Translations under genes and position numbers: made by a program
Origin: Sedimentisphaerales bacterium
GTDB taxonomy: Bacteria; Planctomycetota; Phycisphaerae; Sedimentisphaerales; Anaerobacaceae
Length of the DNA stretch: 64,000 nt
NCBI GenBank assembly: GCA_040772485.1
Contig: JAXGYC010000007.1
Span: 480,001-544,000 of the forward strand
Reading direction: 5' to 3'
Shown here: in pieces, positions 1-9,951 of the stretch
Position numbering within the stretch: the first letter of the stretch is position 1
Layout: every line of letters starts with the position of its first letter
Notes under the pieces: model-generated
What the model was told of the DNA's origin: nothing
The model's input: the letters and a program-made list of their open reading frames with translations, nothing else
The model's database searches: none

Positions 1-217
1 GTGAGTCGAGCGAAAGAGCTGGCGTTCGGAGGCGGAAGGAGCGAACGCAACGGCATCGTCTGGGGGCGGAATTGCGGTTGTTCGACGGCAACTCCGCCCT
101 TGTGCTTGGCGAATCAACGGTGTCAGGTGCACTCTGCGAATTGGGTGTTGACCTCCACCCAGGATCGGCATAAGATGCGATTGACGAAACGGGAATTGCT
201 CAAGCACGAGACCCGAG

Positions 218-1147
218 ATGTGTGCGACGCGGCGAGAATGTGGCGATGCGATGCTGCAATGCATGGGAGGTTCGCGCGAAGGCAGCCGACGCGGCCTGAC
301 GCTGGTCGAACTTCTCGTCGTCGTGAGCATCCTTTCCGTGCTCATGGCCCTGCTGGTGCCGGGCCTGGAGAGAGTTCGTCACCAGGCCCGATCCGTCATC
401 GGGATGCAGAGACTGCGAGAGATTACCACCGCCGTCAACACGTTCGCCACCGATCACGACGAACGCTATCCTCCGTCGATTGCGACGATCGGCATGGAAG
501 ACAGTTGGAACTGGCAGGCGCCGAACATGCTGACAGGATATCTGGAGCGAGCGCCCGGCATTCGGCGTTCGGTCAGCGCGTACCTGCGACCGTACATCGG
601 CGATGCCGACGTGATGTTCTGCCCGAACGCCCCACTGAGATACCGGTATCTCCAGGAGGCCTGGGACGCCGGCGATGAATGGGACCACCCTGAAAGCCCG
701 GCGGTGCCCGATGCCCTGTTCGGCACGTACTGCCTCTACTGGAACTATGTGGGTTATCTCGGCCAGGACGACGGGCTCTTTCGAGGGCCCACTGGTCCGG
801 TGCGTGGGTACCGGGAAAGCTCCGTCCTGGTCAGCGATTACTTCGGCTACGATCACTGGCGCAGCCGTTTGACGTTCGGAAGCTGTGAACCCTTCCAATC
901 CGCCGAAGTGGTGGACGGAACGGCGATCTCGTCGGCGTTCTGGTCCACGCCGGGCAGCGGCACGTCGGAAGAGTTGGAACGGATGTCGCTGCAACTTCGT
1001 GCCGGACACGTGGACGGCCACGTCGAATCCTACCGGCCGGCTGAGACCCGGGCCATGCACGTGATCATGGAACCGGCGACCAACAAGCCGTACGAGCCCG
1101 GCGTCGGACCGGGCGCCTTCTACGTGCCCCGTGTCGGACTGCGATGA
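218..1147 (+). CDS. Prepilin-type N-terminal cleavage/methylation protein (DUF1559-like, H-X9-DG-type C-terminus)
   Basis: RRG|LTLVELLVVVSILSVLMALLVP prepilin motif, FCP motif, late GHVDGHVE motif; true start may be ATG 251 or 263. Confidence 0.85.
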   Translation: MCATRRECGDAMLQCMGGSREGSRRGLTLVELLVVVSILSVLMALLVPGLERVRHQARSVIGMQRLREITTAVNTFATDHDERYPPSIATIGMEDSWNWQAPNMLTGYLERAPGIRRSVSAYLRPYIGDADVMFCPNAPLRYRYLQEAWDAGDEWDHPESPAVPDALFGTYCLYWNYVGYLGQDDGLFRGPTGPVRGYRESSVLVSDYFGYDHWRSRLTFGSCEPFQSAEVVDGTAISSAFWSTPGSGTSEELERMSLQLRAGHVDGHVESYRPAETRAMHVIMEPATNKPYEPGVGPGAFYVPRVGLR

Positions 1148-1178
1148 GAAATCGGCCCAGCCACGACCGAACGAGAGC

Positions 1179-2501
1179 TCACGCCTTCACGATCTTGCTG
1201 CGTCCGCTGCGAACCCCGGCTGTCGCGTTGCGCGTGTCCACCACCAGCCTGGCGTTCTTGACGATCCACGCGTAATCATAGTCGCTGTGGTTGGTGGCAA
1301 TCACCACCGCATCATAGCCGGCGAGCGCCTTGGCGGTCAGCGGCTTGCTCTTCATCCGAAGATCGTACTCGCGCTGCTTGTGCGTCTGCGCGATGTACGG
1401 ATCGTTGTAGTCGACCTTCGCGCCTTTTTCCTTGAACAACTCGATCAGTTCCAGCGACGGCGATTCGCGCACGTCGTCGATGTCGGGCTTGTAAGCCAGG
1501 CCCAGCACGAGGATCTTCGAGCCCTTGAGGCTCATGCGCCGCTCGTTGAGGGCATCAGCCGTCCGCTGCACGACGTACTCGGGCATGCCTGTATTGATCT
1601 CGCCGGCCAGCTCAATGAACCGAGTCGGCATCCCGTATTGGCGCGCCTTCCAGGTCAGGTAGAACGGATCGATCGGAATGCAGTGACCGCCCAGGCCGGG
1701 ACCCGGATAGAACGCGTTGAACCCAAACGGCTTCGTGCTCGCGGCGCGGATGACTTCCCACACATCGATGCCCATCCGATCGAAGAGCATCTTCAGCTCG
1801 TTGACCAGAGCGATGTTGATGCAGCGATAGGTGTTCTCGAGGATCTTGGCCGCTTCCGCCACCTCGCAGTTGTCGACGGAAACCAGGGTCTCGATCGCAT
1901 ATCGATAGACGTCCAGGGCCCGGCGAAGGCTTTCCTTCCCGTAGCCCCCGACCACCTTCGGGATCGTGGACGTGCGGAAGTGCTTGTTGCCCGGGTCTTC
2001 GCGTTCGGGAGAAAACGCCAGGAAGAAGTCCTTTTCCGCCTTGAGCCCCGATTGTTCGAGGATGGGCAGCATGACCTCACGGGTCGTGCCGGGATAGGTC
2101 GTGCTCTCGAGGACCACGAGCTGGCCCTTGCGGAGATACCTGGCGATCGTTCGGCAGGTCGTCTCGACGAATTGAAGATCGGGCTCACGGTTCTGCGTGA
2201 GCGGCGTGGGCACGCAGATCAGAATCGCATCCGGCTGCGACAGCTTGCTCATATCGTCGGTGGCGCGAAACCGGCCCGACTTCACCATTTCCGCCATTGT
2301 GGCATGCGGGATGTGTTTTATCGGGCTCTTGCCCCGATTGATCGTGGCAACCGCCTTCGAGTTGATGTCGAAACCCAGGACTTTGGCGCCGCCCTTGCAG
2401 AACTCCCGTGCCAGCGGCAGTCCGACGTAACCCAAGCCAACGATCCCCACGTAAACCGATGCGCGCCCGCTCTTTGGATTTGTGCTCTTGCGTCTGGCCA
2501 C
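1179..2501 (-). CDS. Nucleotide-sugar dehydrogenase (UDP-GlcNAc/UDP-ManNAc 6-dehydrogenase, WbpA/WecC-like)
   Basis: GLGYVGLP, ESTTYPGT, FSPER.DPGN, GGHCIPIDP and GLAYKPDIDDVRESP motifs; start re-picked at GTG 2501 with GAGG upstream. Confidence 0.92.
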   Translation of the reverse strand: MARRKSTNPKSGRASVYVGIVGLGYVGLPLAREFCKGGAKVLGFDINSKAVATINRGKSPIKHIPHATMAEMVKSGRFRATDDMSKLSQPDAILICVPTPLTQNREPDLQFVETTCRTIARYLRKGQLVVLESTTYPGTTREVMLPILEQSGLKAEKDFFLAFSPEREDPGNKHFRTSTIPKVVGGYGKESLRRALDVYRYAIETLVSVDNCEVAEAAKILENTYRCINIALVNELKMLFDRMGIDVWEVIRAASTKPFGFNAFYPGPGLGGHCIPIDPFYLTWKARQYGMPTRFIELAGEINTGMPEYVVQRTADALNERRMSLKGSKILVLGLAYKPDIDDVRESPSLELIELFKEKGAKVDYNDPYIAQTHKQREYDLRMKSKPLTAKALAGYDAVVIATNHSDYDYAWIVKNARLVVDTRNATAGVRSGRSKIVKA

Positions 2502-2621
2502 AACGACCTCGCCGTCAAAAAAGACCCTGTCCGATCGCCGGCGCTCGACGCCCGGGCCCCGGCGACATATCCGCACCCTATATCGGCAAATGTGTCCCCC
2601 GAGTTTGCATTTCGAGGTCAA

Positions 2622-2646
2622 CCGCATGGGCCAAAGCCCATCCTGC
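2622..2646 (-). repeat. REP-like hairpin (GCAG-GATGGGC-TTTG-GCCCATGC)
   Basis: Reverse complement matches 54418-54442 at 24/25 nt; intergenic, just after a stop codon. Confidence 0.6.
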
Positions 2647-2666
2647 ATGACCGGTCATCCCCAGGG

Positions 2667-3470
2667 CTATCGACCCGCCTCGGGGTTCAGCGTGACAAGG
2701 TCCTCCCCTGCCAGCAGTCTGCGCGGGTTCTCAATGCACAGAATATCGGCCCCGTCGCGACCCAGATACCGGCTGAGCAAGTGATAGGCATCGGTCATGC
2801 AGGGCGCTCGCCCGGCTGTGTCGTGCGCATCCGTGGCGACCACAACGGGCAACGACTCCTGGAGAAACGCCCAAGCCGCCCTTTCGCTGCGGCGTCCGAA
2901 TCCGCCGAGGAAGCTGCCCGCCGTGAGCTGAAGGCAGGGTCGATAGGAGGCCCAACGACGGACGTACTCGGGGCGCTCTGCGAGGAACATGTGGCGCTCG
3001 GGATGCGTGATCACGCCGCACAGCCCGGCCGGCCCCAATCTGGCCAGCAGCATCTCCGGGTCGATGAAGACCTCGTGGGGCAGTTCAAGAAGCAGATACC
3101 GTCGATTGTCGGCGACGGTAAGGACCAGGTCGGATTGCACGAGGTCGTCGATCCGCTCATCGATTCGAACATCCGCTCCCGGCAGAACACGCACAGGAAT
3201 CTGGGCCTCCCCCAGCAGTTCATTGAGCTGCGTCACGGCCTGTCGAATTGTTCCGGCATCGTACAACCCGTCGTAGCGTCCAAGCTGGTGCGGCGTCGCC
3301 ACCACCGTCCTGATCCGGTCGGCCGCGAGGGCGCGGCACAACGCCAGGGCCGAAGGCACATCCGGCGGCCCGTCATCCAAGCCGGGAAGGCAATGACAGT
3401 GCACGTCGGTGAAGCCGGCCTCTCGCTCGCTCCGGACCCTTTCCATGCTGTTCGCACCGGATGACTGCAT
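2667..3470 (-). CDS. PHP-family tyrosine-protein phosphatase (CpsB/CapC/YwqE-like)
   Basis: DVHCHCLPGLDDG, ATPH, THPER, ATDAH and ENP motifs; upstream of a nucleotide-sugar dehydrogenase. Confidence 0.9.
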   Translation of the reverse strand: MQSSGANSMERVRSEREAGFTDVHCHCLPGLDDGPPDVPSALALCRALAADRIRTVVATPHQLGRYDGLYDAGTIRQAVTQLNELLGEAQIPVRVLPGADVRIDERIDDLVQSDLVLTVADNRRYLLLELPHEVFIDPEMLLARLGPAGLCGVITHPERHMFLAERPEYVRRWASYRPCLQLTAGSFLGGFGRRSERAAWAFLQESLPVVVATDAHDTAGRAPCMTDAYHLLSRYLGRDGADILCIENPRRLLAGEDLVTLNPEAGR

Positions 3471-3528
3471 TTGTGCCCACCCTGTTCACCCGATTCGATC
3501 GGCGCCACAATCCAGAACTATGACGAGA

Positions 3529-4698
3529 TTACCGCACGGACTGGAGCGTCACTTCGAGATTGACTTGTTCCTCCGGCCGACGCACCTGCAAGATCACGCG
3601 GTCACCGATCTCGTGCGTGTCGAGAAGGCGGAACAAATCGCGGCTGTTGCGCACCGGCTGGCCGTCCACCGCGACGATCAGGTCTCCCACGACCCGGCCG
3701 CGTGTATCATACCGCAGCGATCGCAGACCCGCTTTCTCGGCGGCGCTGCCGGACATGACTTCCCCGACGAGCGCCCCTTCCAGGCCCAGACGCTGCACAA
3801 TGTGGTCTGGGGCAAGACTCACCCCGAGACCGGCCTTGGGTGGACGGCCGTAGCGAATGATCTGCGGAACCAGACGGTTGACCACGTCCACCGGAACGGC
3901 AAACCCGATCCCGGCGTACGCCCCGGACGGGCTGACGATGGCGGTGTTGATCCCGATCAGACGACCGGCACTGTCCAGCAGCGGACCGCCGGAGTTGCCT
4001 GGGTTGATGGCAGCATCCGTCTGGATGACCCCCTCGATCGGACGGCCGGTCACCGATTCGATCACGCGACCCAGACCGCTGATGACACCGGTGGTCAGCG
4101 TCTGGTCGAATCCAAAGGGGTTCCCGATGGCGAACACCTTCTGGCCCACTTCGAGGTCGCTGGAGGTACCCACCGCAATGGCGGGCAAGGTGCGACTCTG
4201 GGCGTCGATCCTCAGGACCGCCAGATCCTTGTCCGGCTCGACTCCGACGAGCCGCGCCGGCCAGGTCGAATGGTCCGCCAGCGTAACGTCGGCCGCTTGG
4301 GCGCTCTGGATGACGTGGAAATTCGTCACGATGTATCCGTTGGCATCCCAGACAAACCCGGACCCGCTTCCCTGCGGCACCTCCGTGGCGCGGAGGCTGA
4401 AGGGACTCCTCTGCGTGGCCTTGCTGGTGATGAAGACCACCGACGGAGACGCCCGCCGAAACAGCTCGATGGTGCTCCTCTCGTCCTCCGCCAGGTCCCC
4501 TCGCGGCGTGACGGCGCGCGGCACGGCGTCTTGGTCGTGCAAGCCGAAAAGCCACGGCCGAATCTGCCAGAACAGCAGTACGACGAGCAGAGCCAACAGA
4601 AGCAGAATCAGCCCACGCTTGTGATCCGGTTCCGCGACGCTGCGCGTTCGATCCACGTTGTTCTCTTCCATGACAGTCGTCTCCCATCGGGTGTTCAC
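3529..4698 (-). CDS. Trypsin-like serine protease with PDZ domain (HtrA/DegP family)
   Basis: N-terminal TM, GSGSGF, TNFHV, DLAVL, IQTDAAINPGNSGGPL, C-terminal PDZ; start may be ~4671. Confidence 0.93.
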   Translation of the reverse strand: MNTRWETTVMEENNVDRTRSVAEPDHKRGLILLLLALLVVLLFWQIRPWLFGLHDQDAVPRAVTPRGDLAEDERSTIELFRRASPSVVFITSKATQRSPFSLRATEVPQGSGSGFVWDANGYIVTNFHVIQSAQAADVTLADHSTWPARLVGVEPDKDLAVLRIDAQSRTLPAIAVGTSSDLEVGQKVFAIGNPFGFDQTLTTGVISGLGRVIESVTGRPIEGVIQTDAAINPGNSGGPLLDSAGRLIGINTAIVSPSGAYAGIGFAVPVDVVNRLVPQIIRYGRPPKAGLGVSLAPDHIVQRLGLEGALVGEVMSGSAAEKAGLRSLRYDTRGRVVGDLIVAVDGQPVRNSRDLFRLLDTHEIGDRVILQVRRPEEQVNLEVTLQSVR

Positions 4699-4879
4699 GA
4701 TCGCCCGGAGCGATCTCTTCGTGCGACGCCGATCATCATAGGCCTCGTACGGACGACTGTCAAAGCCCTATCGCAGACAGTGGTCGAAGAACCAATCGAC
4801 GGGACAGACTGCGCAGGAACTGGTCGATCCGATCTGTTGGCAAGGCGGCCACCCGGACACTGAAGACGTCAGGCACGGA

Positions 4880-5029
4880 TCACAAATGTCGTGCCGACAG
4901 GCGGCGCTGGATCTCCATCTTGCTTTCCCACTTGTGGAAGTCCAGCGCCGTGGTGCGATCCCAGTTCAGCTGCCATAGGTCGCGCCAACGACACCACAGA
5001 ATGCGCAGAAATCTTGCCGCCTTCATCAT
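4880..5029 (-). CDS. Possible small hypothetical protein (MMKAARFLRILW...)
   Basis: AGGAGG-like RBS upstream; no recognisable motif. Confidence 0.3.
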   Translation of the reverse strand: MMKAARFLRILWCRWRDLWQLNWDRTTALDFHKWESKMEIQRRLSARHL

Positions 5030-5550
5030 CACCCCTCCTTGGGAATTCCAGCATACTGGAATCCGCCGACACAATGACCTGCCTGGCTTCATCTCGGTTG
5101 CGCCTGCATGCGGCCGCAACCGGACACGAAAGCACATGCGACGGGCTTGGTCGGTATCTGCCGGCCGTCTCGGTTTCTTTCGGAAGGACGCCGCCCGGGT
5201 GATGCGCCGCGATCGATCGCGCCGGGTCACTAATCCGAGCGGCGTCCCCGTCCATCCGTGGACGTACCGAATACCGCCACCCATCCTTGGTCTGGTGTAT
5301 CTTCGAATGACGCCCTGCCTCGGCGTCATCCGATCACAACAATCGCCGATCCTGTTTCTGCACAGACTCTCCCCGGGGAACTGTTTGCCGGGAATCGTGC
5401 GGCAAGAGTTCGTCGCCGCATGAAGAAGGTATGCCCGTCGCCGTCTGCCACCTTCGTCTGTTTCCGGCGACCGTAGCGGTGCTGACGGTTACTGCCATCG
5501 AGCCTCCTCCTGAGAACTGTCAATTGTGGACACGACGCAATTCCTTCCGG

Positions 5551-7692
5551 TCACGGCTGGATCGTGAGAGCGTCGCGAAGCACCGCGGAAGACCCATCGG
5601 GGTTGGTCACGCGCACATCCCACACCACAGGGACAGGCAGGGTGTCCGCGCTTAACGTCAAGCGGCCCATGACCGAGCTGGAACCAACGGTGCGGACGCC
5701 GGTGACCGCAGGAGCCGGCCCCTGCCCTTTCTCGAAGGTCACCTTCACCCCCTCGACGAAACCCGTTCCGCGAATCATGATCGTGCCGGGCATCCCCGCC
5801 CACATGGATCGAGGCGTAATCGACCAGATCGTCACGCGAGAGGATTCCGCCGGCGCGGAAACGGTCACGCTCAAGCTGTCCCAGTCGTCGTCCGAATCGT
5901 CGTCGGCCAGGTCGTGGCAGGCGGTGATGGTGTGAACACCGACGGCGGCGCCATGCGTGTCCCAGGTGTACTTCAGAGTGGTGCTCCGTCCTGCCGACAG
6001 GCCCCCTTTGATGACGCGCGTCCCAATGGCGATGTCGTCGGCGCTGGTCGAAGGTGTGGCCTGGTCCGACGTCAGAGAGACGGCGATGTCTGCGTCCACG
6101 TCTTCGTCGCCGGTGTTGGCGACGGTGACGCTGATCTGCGCCGAGTCGCCCACGGTGACACCGGCCGGGCCGCTCACGGCGGTGATGGCGATATCCACGA
6201 TCGGCGCGCGAACCGTTACAGATACCCTCATCGTATCATTCGTCGCGTCGTCATCGGTCATGTTGTGTCTTGCCCTCAAAGTGCGCACGCCGGCGGCAAC
6301 ACCTGTCGTATCCCACCGGTAGGTCAGCGTCGTAGAAGCGCGGGGGGTCAGAGGGCCGGTCGTTGTCCTGCTCCCAATCTCCGAGCCGGCGTCGCCGGTC
6401 ACAGTCACTGCCACCCCCGCCGGACAGTCCTGATTCCCCACGTTCTCAATCGTCACCACGACCTCGACGGAATCGCACTGGACTACACTGCCGGCGACGG
6501 CGATGTCTACAATGGCCAGGTCCACAAACGCCGCCGGGAGCGCCGCCTTTTCGGCGTCGACAAGACCATAGCCCACCTGCCGGGCCGTAAGGCCGGCAAG
6601 AGGCTCGGCGGTCTCCCGCAGTCTGGCCCGCACCGCAGCGGCGCCGGAAAACCCCAGTTCCGGCGATGCCCAGACCAAAGCCGCCACGCCCGCCACGTGC
6701 GGGCAGGCCATGGAGGTGCCGCTGAGACTGGTGTACCCGCTATTGCGGTATGTCGACCGGATGTCCACGCCGGGGGCTGTCAGCTCGATCTCCGGCCCGA
6801 CACAGGAGAAGCTCGCCAGACCGTCGGCGGTGTCGACGGCGGAGACCGCCAGGACCGAGCCATACGCCGCAGGATAACCGACCGCCGTCCCGTCGTTGCC
6901 GGAGGAAGCGATGAGGAGCACGCCCGCATTGTAGGCCAGGTCGCATGCCTCGCCCAGAGCGCTGCTGAACCCGCCTGTGAAACTCATCGAGACGATGTCG
7001 ATCCCGTTGTCCACACACCACTCGATCCCCTGGATCACGTCGCTGATATGGCCGCTCCTGTCGTCGGCCAGCACCTTGACCGCCCAGAGTCGCGCTTCAG
7101 GCGCTACACCCACGACTCCGATGCCGTTGTTCCGAGCGGCCACCACGCCCGCGCAGTGCGTGCCGTGCCCCTCCTTATCGTTCCAGTGGGCAGCCTTTGT
7201 GCTGCCGTCTGTCAGGATGTTCCCGGCGCAGTTGACGCCTCCGGCGACCACCAGGTCCGGATGGCTCGCGTCAATTCCCGTGTCGAGAATGGCCACGTCG
7301 ACTCCGGCGCCGCGGCTGCCGCCGTACTTCGCATCCCACACGCGCTCGGCGCCGATCCGGTCCACGCCCCAGGGCATCTCCTGCGCCGCCGCATAGACGC
7401 GCCCATCCTCCTCGACGTACGCCACGTCCGGGCGATTCCGAATCCGCCCGATGGTTTCGTCGCTCAGCGTCGCCAGGATGACGGGCAGCAAATGGTAGGA
7501 GTGCTCAACCTGTCCGCCTGCGCTGCGGATCGTCTCAGCCAGCGCTTCGGGACTTTCCGTCTCGACGAGATGATTGAAACCGATGAGAACCTTACGCCCA
7601 GGCGAATCGCTCTGGGCTACCGCTGTTTGAACCTGACACCAACCCAAGAGAATCGCCAGCGCGATCCTCCACGCTCTCCGTAGCGTTTTCAC
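5551..7692 (-). CDS. Secreted subtilisin-family S8 peptidase with CARDB/Ig-like C-terminal domains
   Basis: Signal peptide, I9-like propeptide, ILDTGID / HGTHCAG / GTSMACPHVAG triad, two CARDB-like repeats. Confidence 0.93.
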   Translation of the reverse strand: MKTLRRAWRIALAILLGWCQVQTAVAQSDSPGRKVLIGFNHLVETESPEALAETIRSAGGQVEHSYHLLPVILATLSDETIGRIRNRPDVAYVEEDGRVYAAAQEMPWGVDRIGAERVWDAKYGGSRGAGVDVAILDTGIDASHPDLVVAGGVNCAGNILTDGSTKAAHWNDKEGHGTHCAGVVAARNNGIGVVGVAPEARLWAVKVLADDRSGHISDVIQGIEWCVDNGIDIVSMSFTGGFSSALGEACDLAYNAGVLLIASSGNDGTAVGYPAAYGSVLAVSAVDTADGLASFSCVGPEIELTAPGVDIRSTYRNSGYTSLSGTSMACPHVAGVAALVWASPELGFSGAAAVRARLRETAEPLAGLTARQVGYGLVDAEKAALPAAFVDLAIVDIAVAGSVVQCDSVEVVVTIENVGNQDCPAGVAVTVTGDAGSEIGSRTTTGPLTPRASTTLTYRWDTTGVAAGVRTLRARHNMTDDDATNDTMRVSVTVRAPIVDIAITAVSGPAGVTVGDSAQISVTVANTGDEDVDADIAVSLTSDQATPSTSADDIAIGTRVIKGGLSAGRSTTLKYTWDTHGAAVGVHTITACHDLADDDSDDDWDSLSVTVSAPAESSRVTIWSITPRSMWAGMPGTIMIRGTGFVEGVKVTFEKGQGPAPAVTGVRTVGSSSVMGRLTLSADTLPVPVVWDVRVTNPDGSSAVLRDALTIQP

Positions 7693-7913
7693 GGTCGCAC
7701 CCTCCTTGCAGCACTACCCCTGACCTCCTTGGCACACCGCTGCTCCACCGTTCAGGCTCACACCGGGGGAAGCGACGTGCACATTTCGGACACATGGTCC
7801 GGTACGACCCTCCTCACATTATCCCCATGATAACTACATGTGACGGTCTGTCAATTGTGGAAACTACGTATTGTAGATTGGGCTGTCTGCACAATCCAGA
7901 AAACCAGCGTTCT

Positions 7914-8501
7914 TCAACGATCGGCGGCGCTGCCGAAGGTGTTCGGCTTTGCGGCAAACACCCTGGCGTTGAAATCGGCGACAATGTCGCGACAGGCGTC
8001 GCTGAGTCTGTCGGCGGGAATCACGCACATCAGGTGCTGCGAAAGAACGGCCAGGTCGTCCGTCTTCGGCAACCCCTCGATCGCCGCGACCAACTGTCGC
8101 ATCCCCACCTCCAGGGGCTGGTCTCTCTGAAGCAGGCCGGCGTTGATGATGTAGCGCCACGCCTGCGCCAGCGTCGAGAGCATGTTCATCTGCGGCCCGT
8201 GCTTGAGCACGACCACGGAAAGCCCGATCGCCGTAGTGTTGCCCTCGTCATCCAGAAGCGCCTGGGTCACGAACTTGATCGTCCACTGCGGATTCTGCTC
8301 GACCAAACGCACTCCCGCGTACGGCCCAAACGCCTGGGCCATGTGCAGGCGGATCGCCTCGGCGAGCGGCTGCGGGGCATTGATATCCAGCCGGATCGAT
8401 ACCGAGGGCCTCGCTTGCTCCGGAATCGCTCCATTCGGGCCGTAGGCTGCCGGCAGGCTCAAAGACGTGGCACACAACAGCAACACGATCGCAGGGTTCA
8501 T
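7914..8501 (-). CDS. Hypothetical exported protein
   Basis: Signal-peptide-like MNPAIVLLLCATSLSLPAA after GGAGGAGG RBS. Confidence 0.6.
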   Translation of the reverse strand: MNPAIVLLLCATSLSLPAAYGPNGAIPEQARPSVSIRLDINAPQPLAEAIRLHMAQAFGPYAGVRLVEQNPQWTIKFVTQALLDDEGNTTAIGLSVVVLKHGPQMNMLSTLAQAWRYIINAGLLQRDQPLEVGMRQLVAAIEGLPKTDDLAVLSQHLMCVIPADRLSDACRDIVADFNARVFAAKPNTFGSAADR

Positions 8502-8826
8502 CCTATACCTCCTCCGTGCAATTCTGACCGATGAACGCTCAAGGAGCCTCGCAAGACGCATACATGCCCTTGCTTCCATGGCTCCAACGCAGGTATTATA
8601 GGTCCACCGTTCGCCAAGTCAAGTATTTCCTGTCGGCCGGCCGACAATCTTGAGAAGAAAGCGTAGATGGGGCAGGCGGCCCCCTTGGGCGTCGGGATAC
8701 CAGAAGACTAAGCATTTGTGGCCGATTCGCCCAATGTATCGTTTGCCAGCATCAACGAATGTGCTATGATAACTCAGTTTCGCCCGACCACCCTGTTTCG
8801 GCGGCTTTTTCCCTTGGAAGGTTTCG

Positions 8827-9945
8827 ATGGCTGATACAATTGCTGGAATTCTGAAGCGCATGCCCAACCGGCAGTTTGCGGTACGTACCGCGGAGAGGTC
8901 TTACCGACGCGGCCCGGTCGAGTTGATGGTCCACCCCGAACTGCTGCGCCGCGTCCCGTTGACCGAGGGCGCCGCCGTGATTGGCCAGGTGGAGAAGAAG
9001 AAGGGCAAACCCAGCCTGACGGCCGTGGAAACGATCGGCGGCCTGCCACCGGAGGCCTTCCGCAGGCGGCCTCATTTTGCCGATCTGACCGCCATCGACC
9101 CGCACGAACGGTTCGATCTGGGTGGTTGCGGCCAGGTAAGCATGCGCATTGTCGATCTCATCGCTCCCATCGGCAAGGGCACACGCCAACTGATTGTCTC
9201 GCCTCCCAAAGCAGGCAAGACCGTCCTGCTCGAACAGATGGTGCAAGCCATTCACGAGAGTTCTCCGGACAGCCGCATCATCGTGCTACTGCTGGATGAG
9301 CGACCCGAGGAGGTAACCCAGTTTCGCCGATCCGCGCAATGCGCCGAAGTGGTCTCCAGCACGAGCGACCATACGGCCGATGAACACACCGAACTGGCCG
9401 AACTCATGCTGGCCCACGTCCAGACCGAGCTGGAATGCGGCCATGAGGTTGTCCTGATGATCGACAGCCTCACACGGATGGGAAGGGCATTCAACAACCG
9501 GACCCGAAGACGCGGCGAGCAGCGGGGCCACACCATGAGCGGTGGGCTGGAGGCCGGCATCATGGAAATCCCCCGTCGCCTGTTCGGACTGGCGCGCAAC
9601 GTCGAGAACGGAGGATCGATCACGATCATCGCCACCTGCCTGATCAACACCGGCTCGCGGATGGACCAACTGATCTTCGAGGAGTTCAAGGGCACCGGGA
9701 ACAGCGAGATCGTCCTGGACCGCACGCTGGCAGAAGCCAGGGTCTTTCCTGCCATCGACATCCCTGCCAGCGGAACGCGCAAGGAGATGAAACTGTATGA
9801 CAGCAGGAGGAGCCAGGGCCTGATCACCTTGCGGCGCGTGCTCGCGAACTATGGTCCTCGCGACGCGATGGAAGCGCTGTTCAAACTGCTCAAGCGATTT
9901 CCCACCAATGACGAGTTCCTGGAAAGCATGAGTACGCAGAGCTGA
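8827..9945 (+). CDS. rho: Transcription termination factor Rho (short, 372 aa)
   Basis: DLIAPIGKG, PPKAGKT, LDERPEEVT, DSLTR, IFEEFKGTGNSE, FPAIDI..SGTRKE. Confidence 0.93.
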   Translation: MADTIAGILKRMPNRQFAVRTAERSYRRGPVELMVHPELLRRVPLTEGAAVIGQVEKKKGKPSLTAVETIGGLPPEAFRRRPHFADLTAIDPHERFDLGGCGQVSMRIVDLIAPIGKGTRQLIVSPPKAGKTVLLEQMVQAIHESSPDSRIIVLLLDERPEEVTQFRRSAQCAEVVSSTSDHTADEHTELAELMLAHVQTELECGHEVVLMIDSLTRMGRAFNNRTRRRGEQRGHTMSGGLEAGIMEIPRRLFGLARNVENGGSITIIATCLINTGSRMDQLIFEEFKGTGNSEIVLDRTLAEARVFPAIDIPASGTRKEMKLYDSRRSQGLITLRRVLANYGPRDAMEALFKLLKRFPTNDEFLESMSTQS

Positions 9946-9951
9946 CCGCCC

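Noticed and set aside
1131..3464. Long antisense and alternative-frame ORFs (e.g. 1131-3464, 34260-36749, 43218-45413)
   Set aside because: Shadow ORFs of high-GC genes with clear products on the opposite strand; no motifs.
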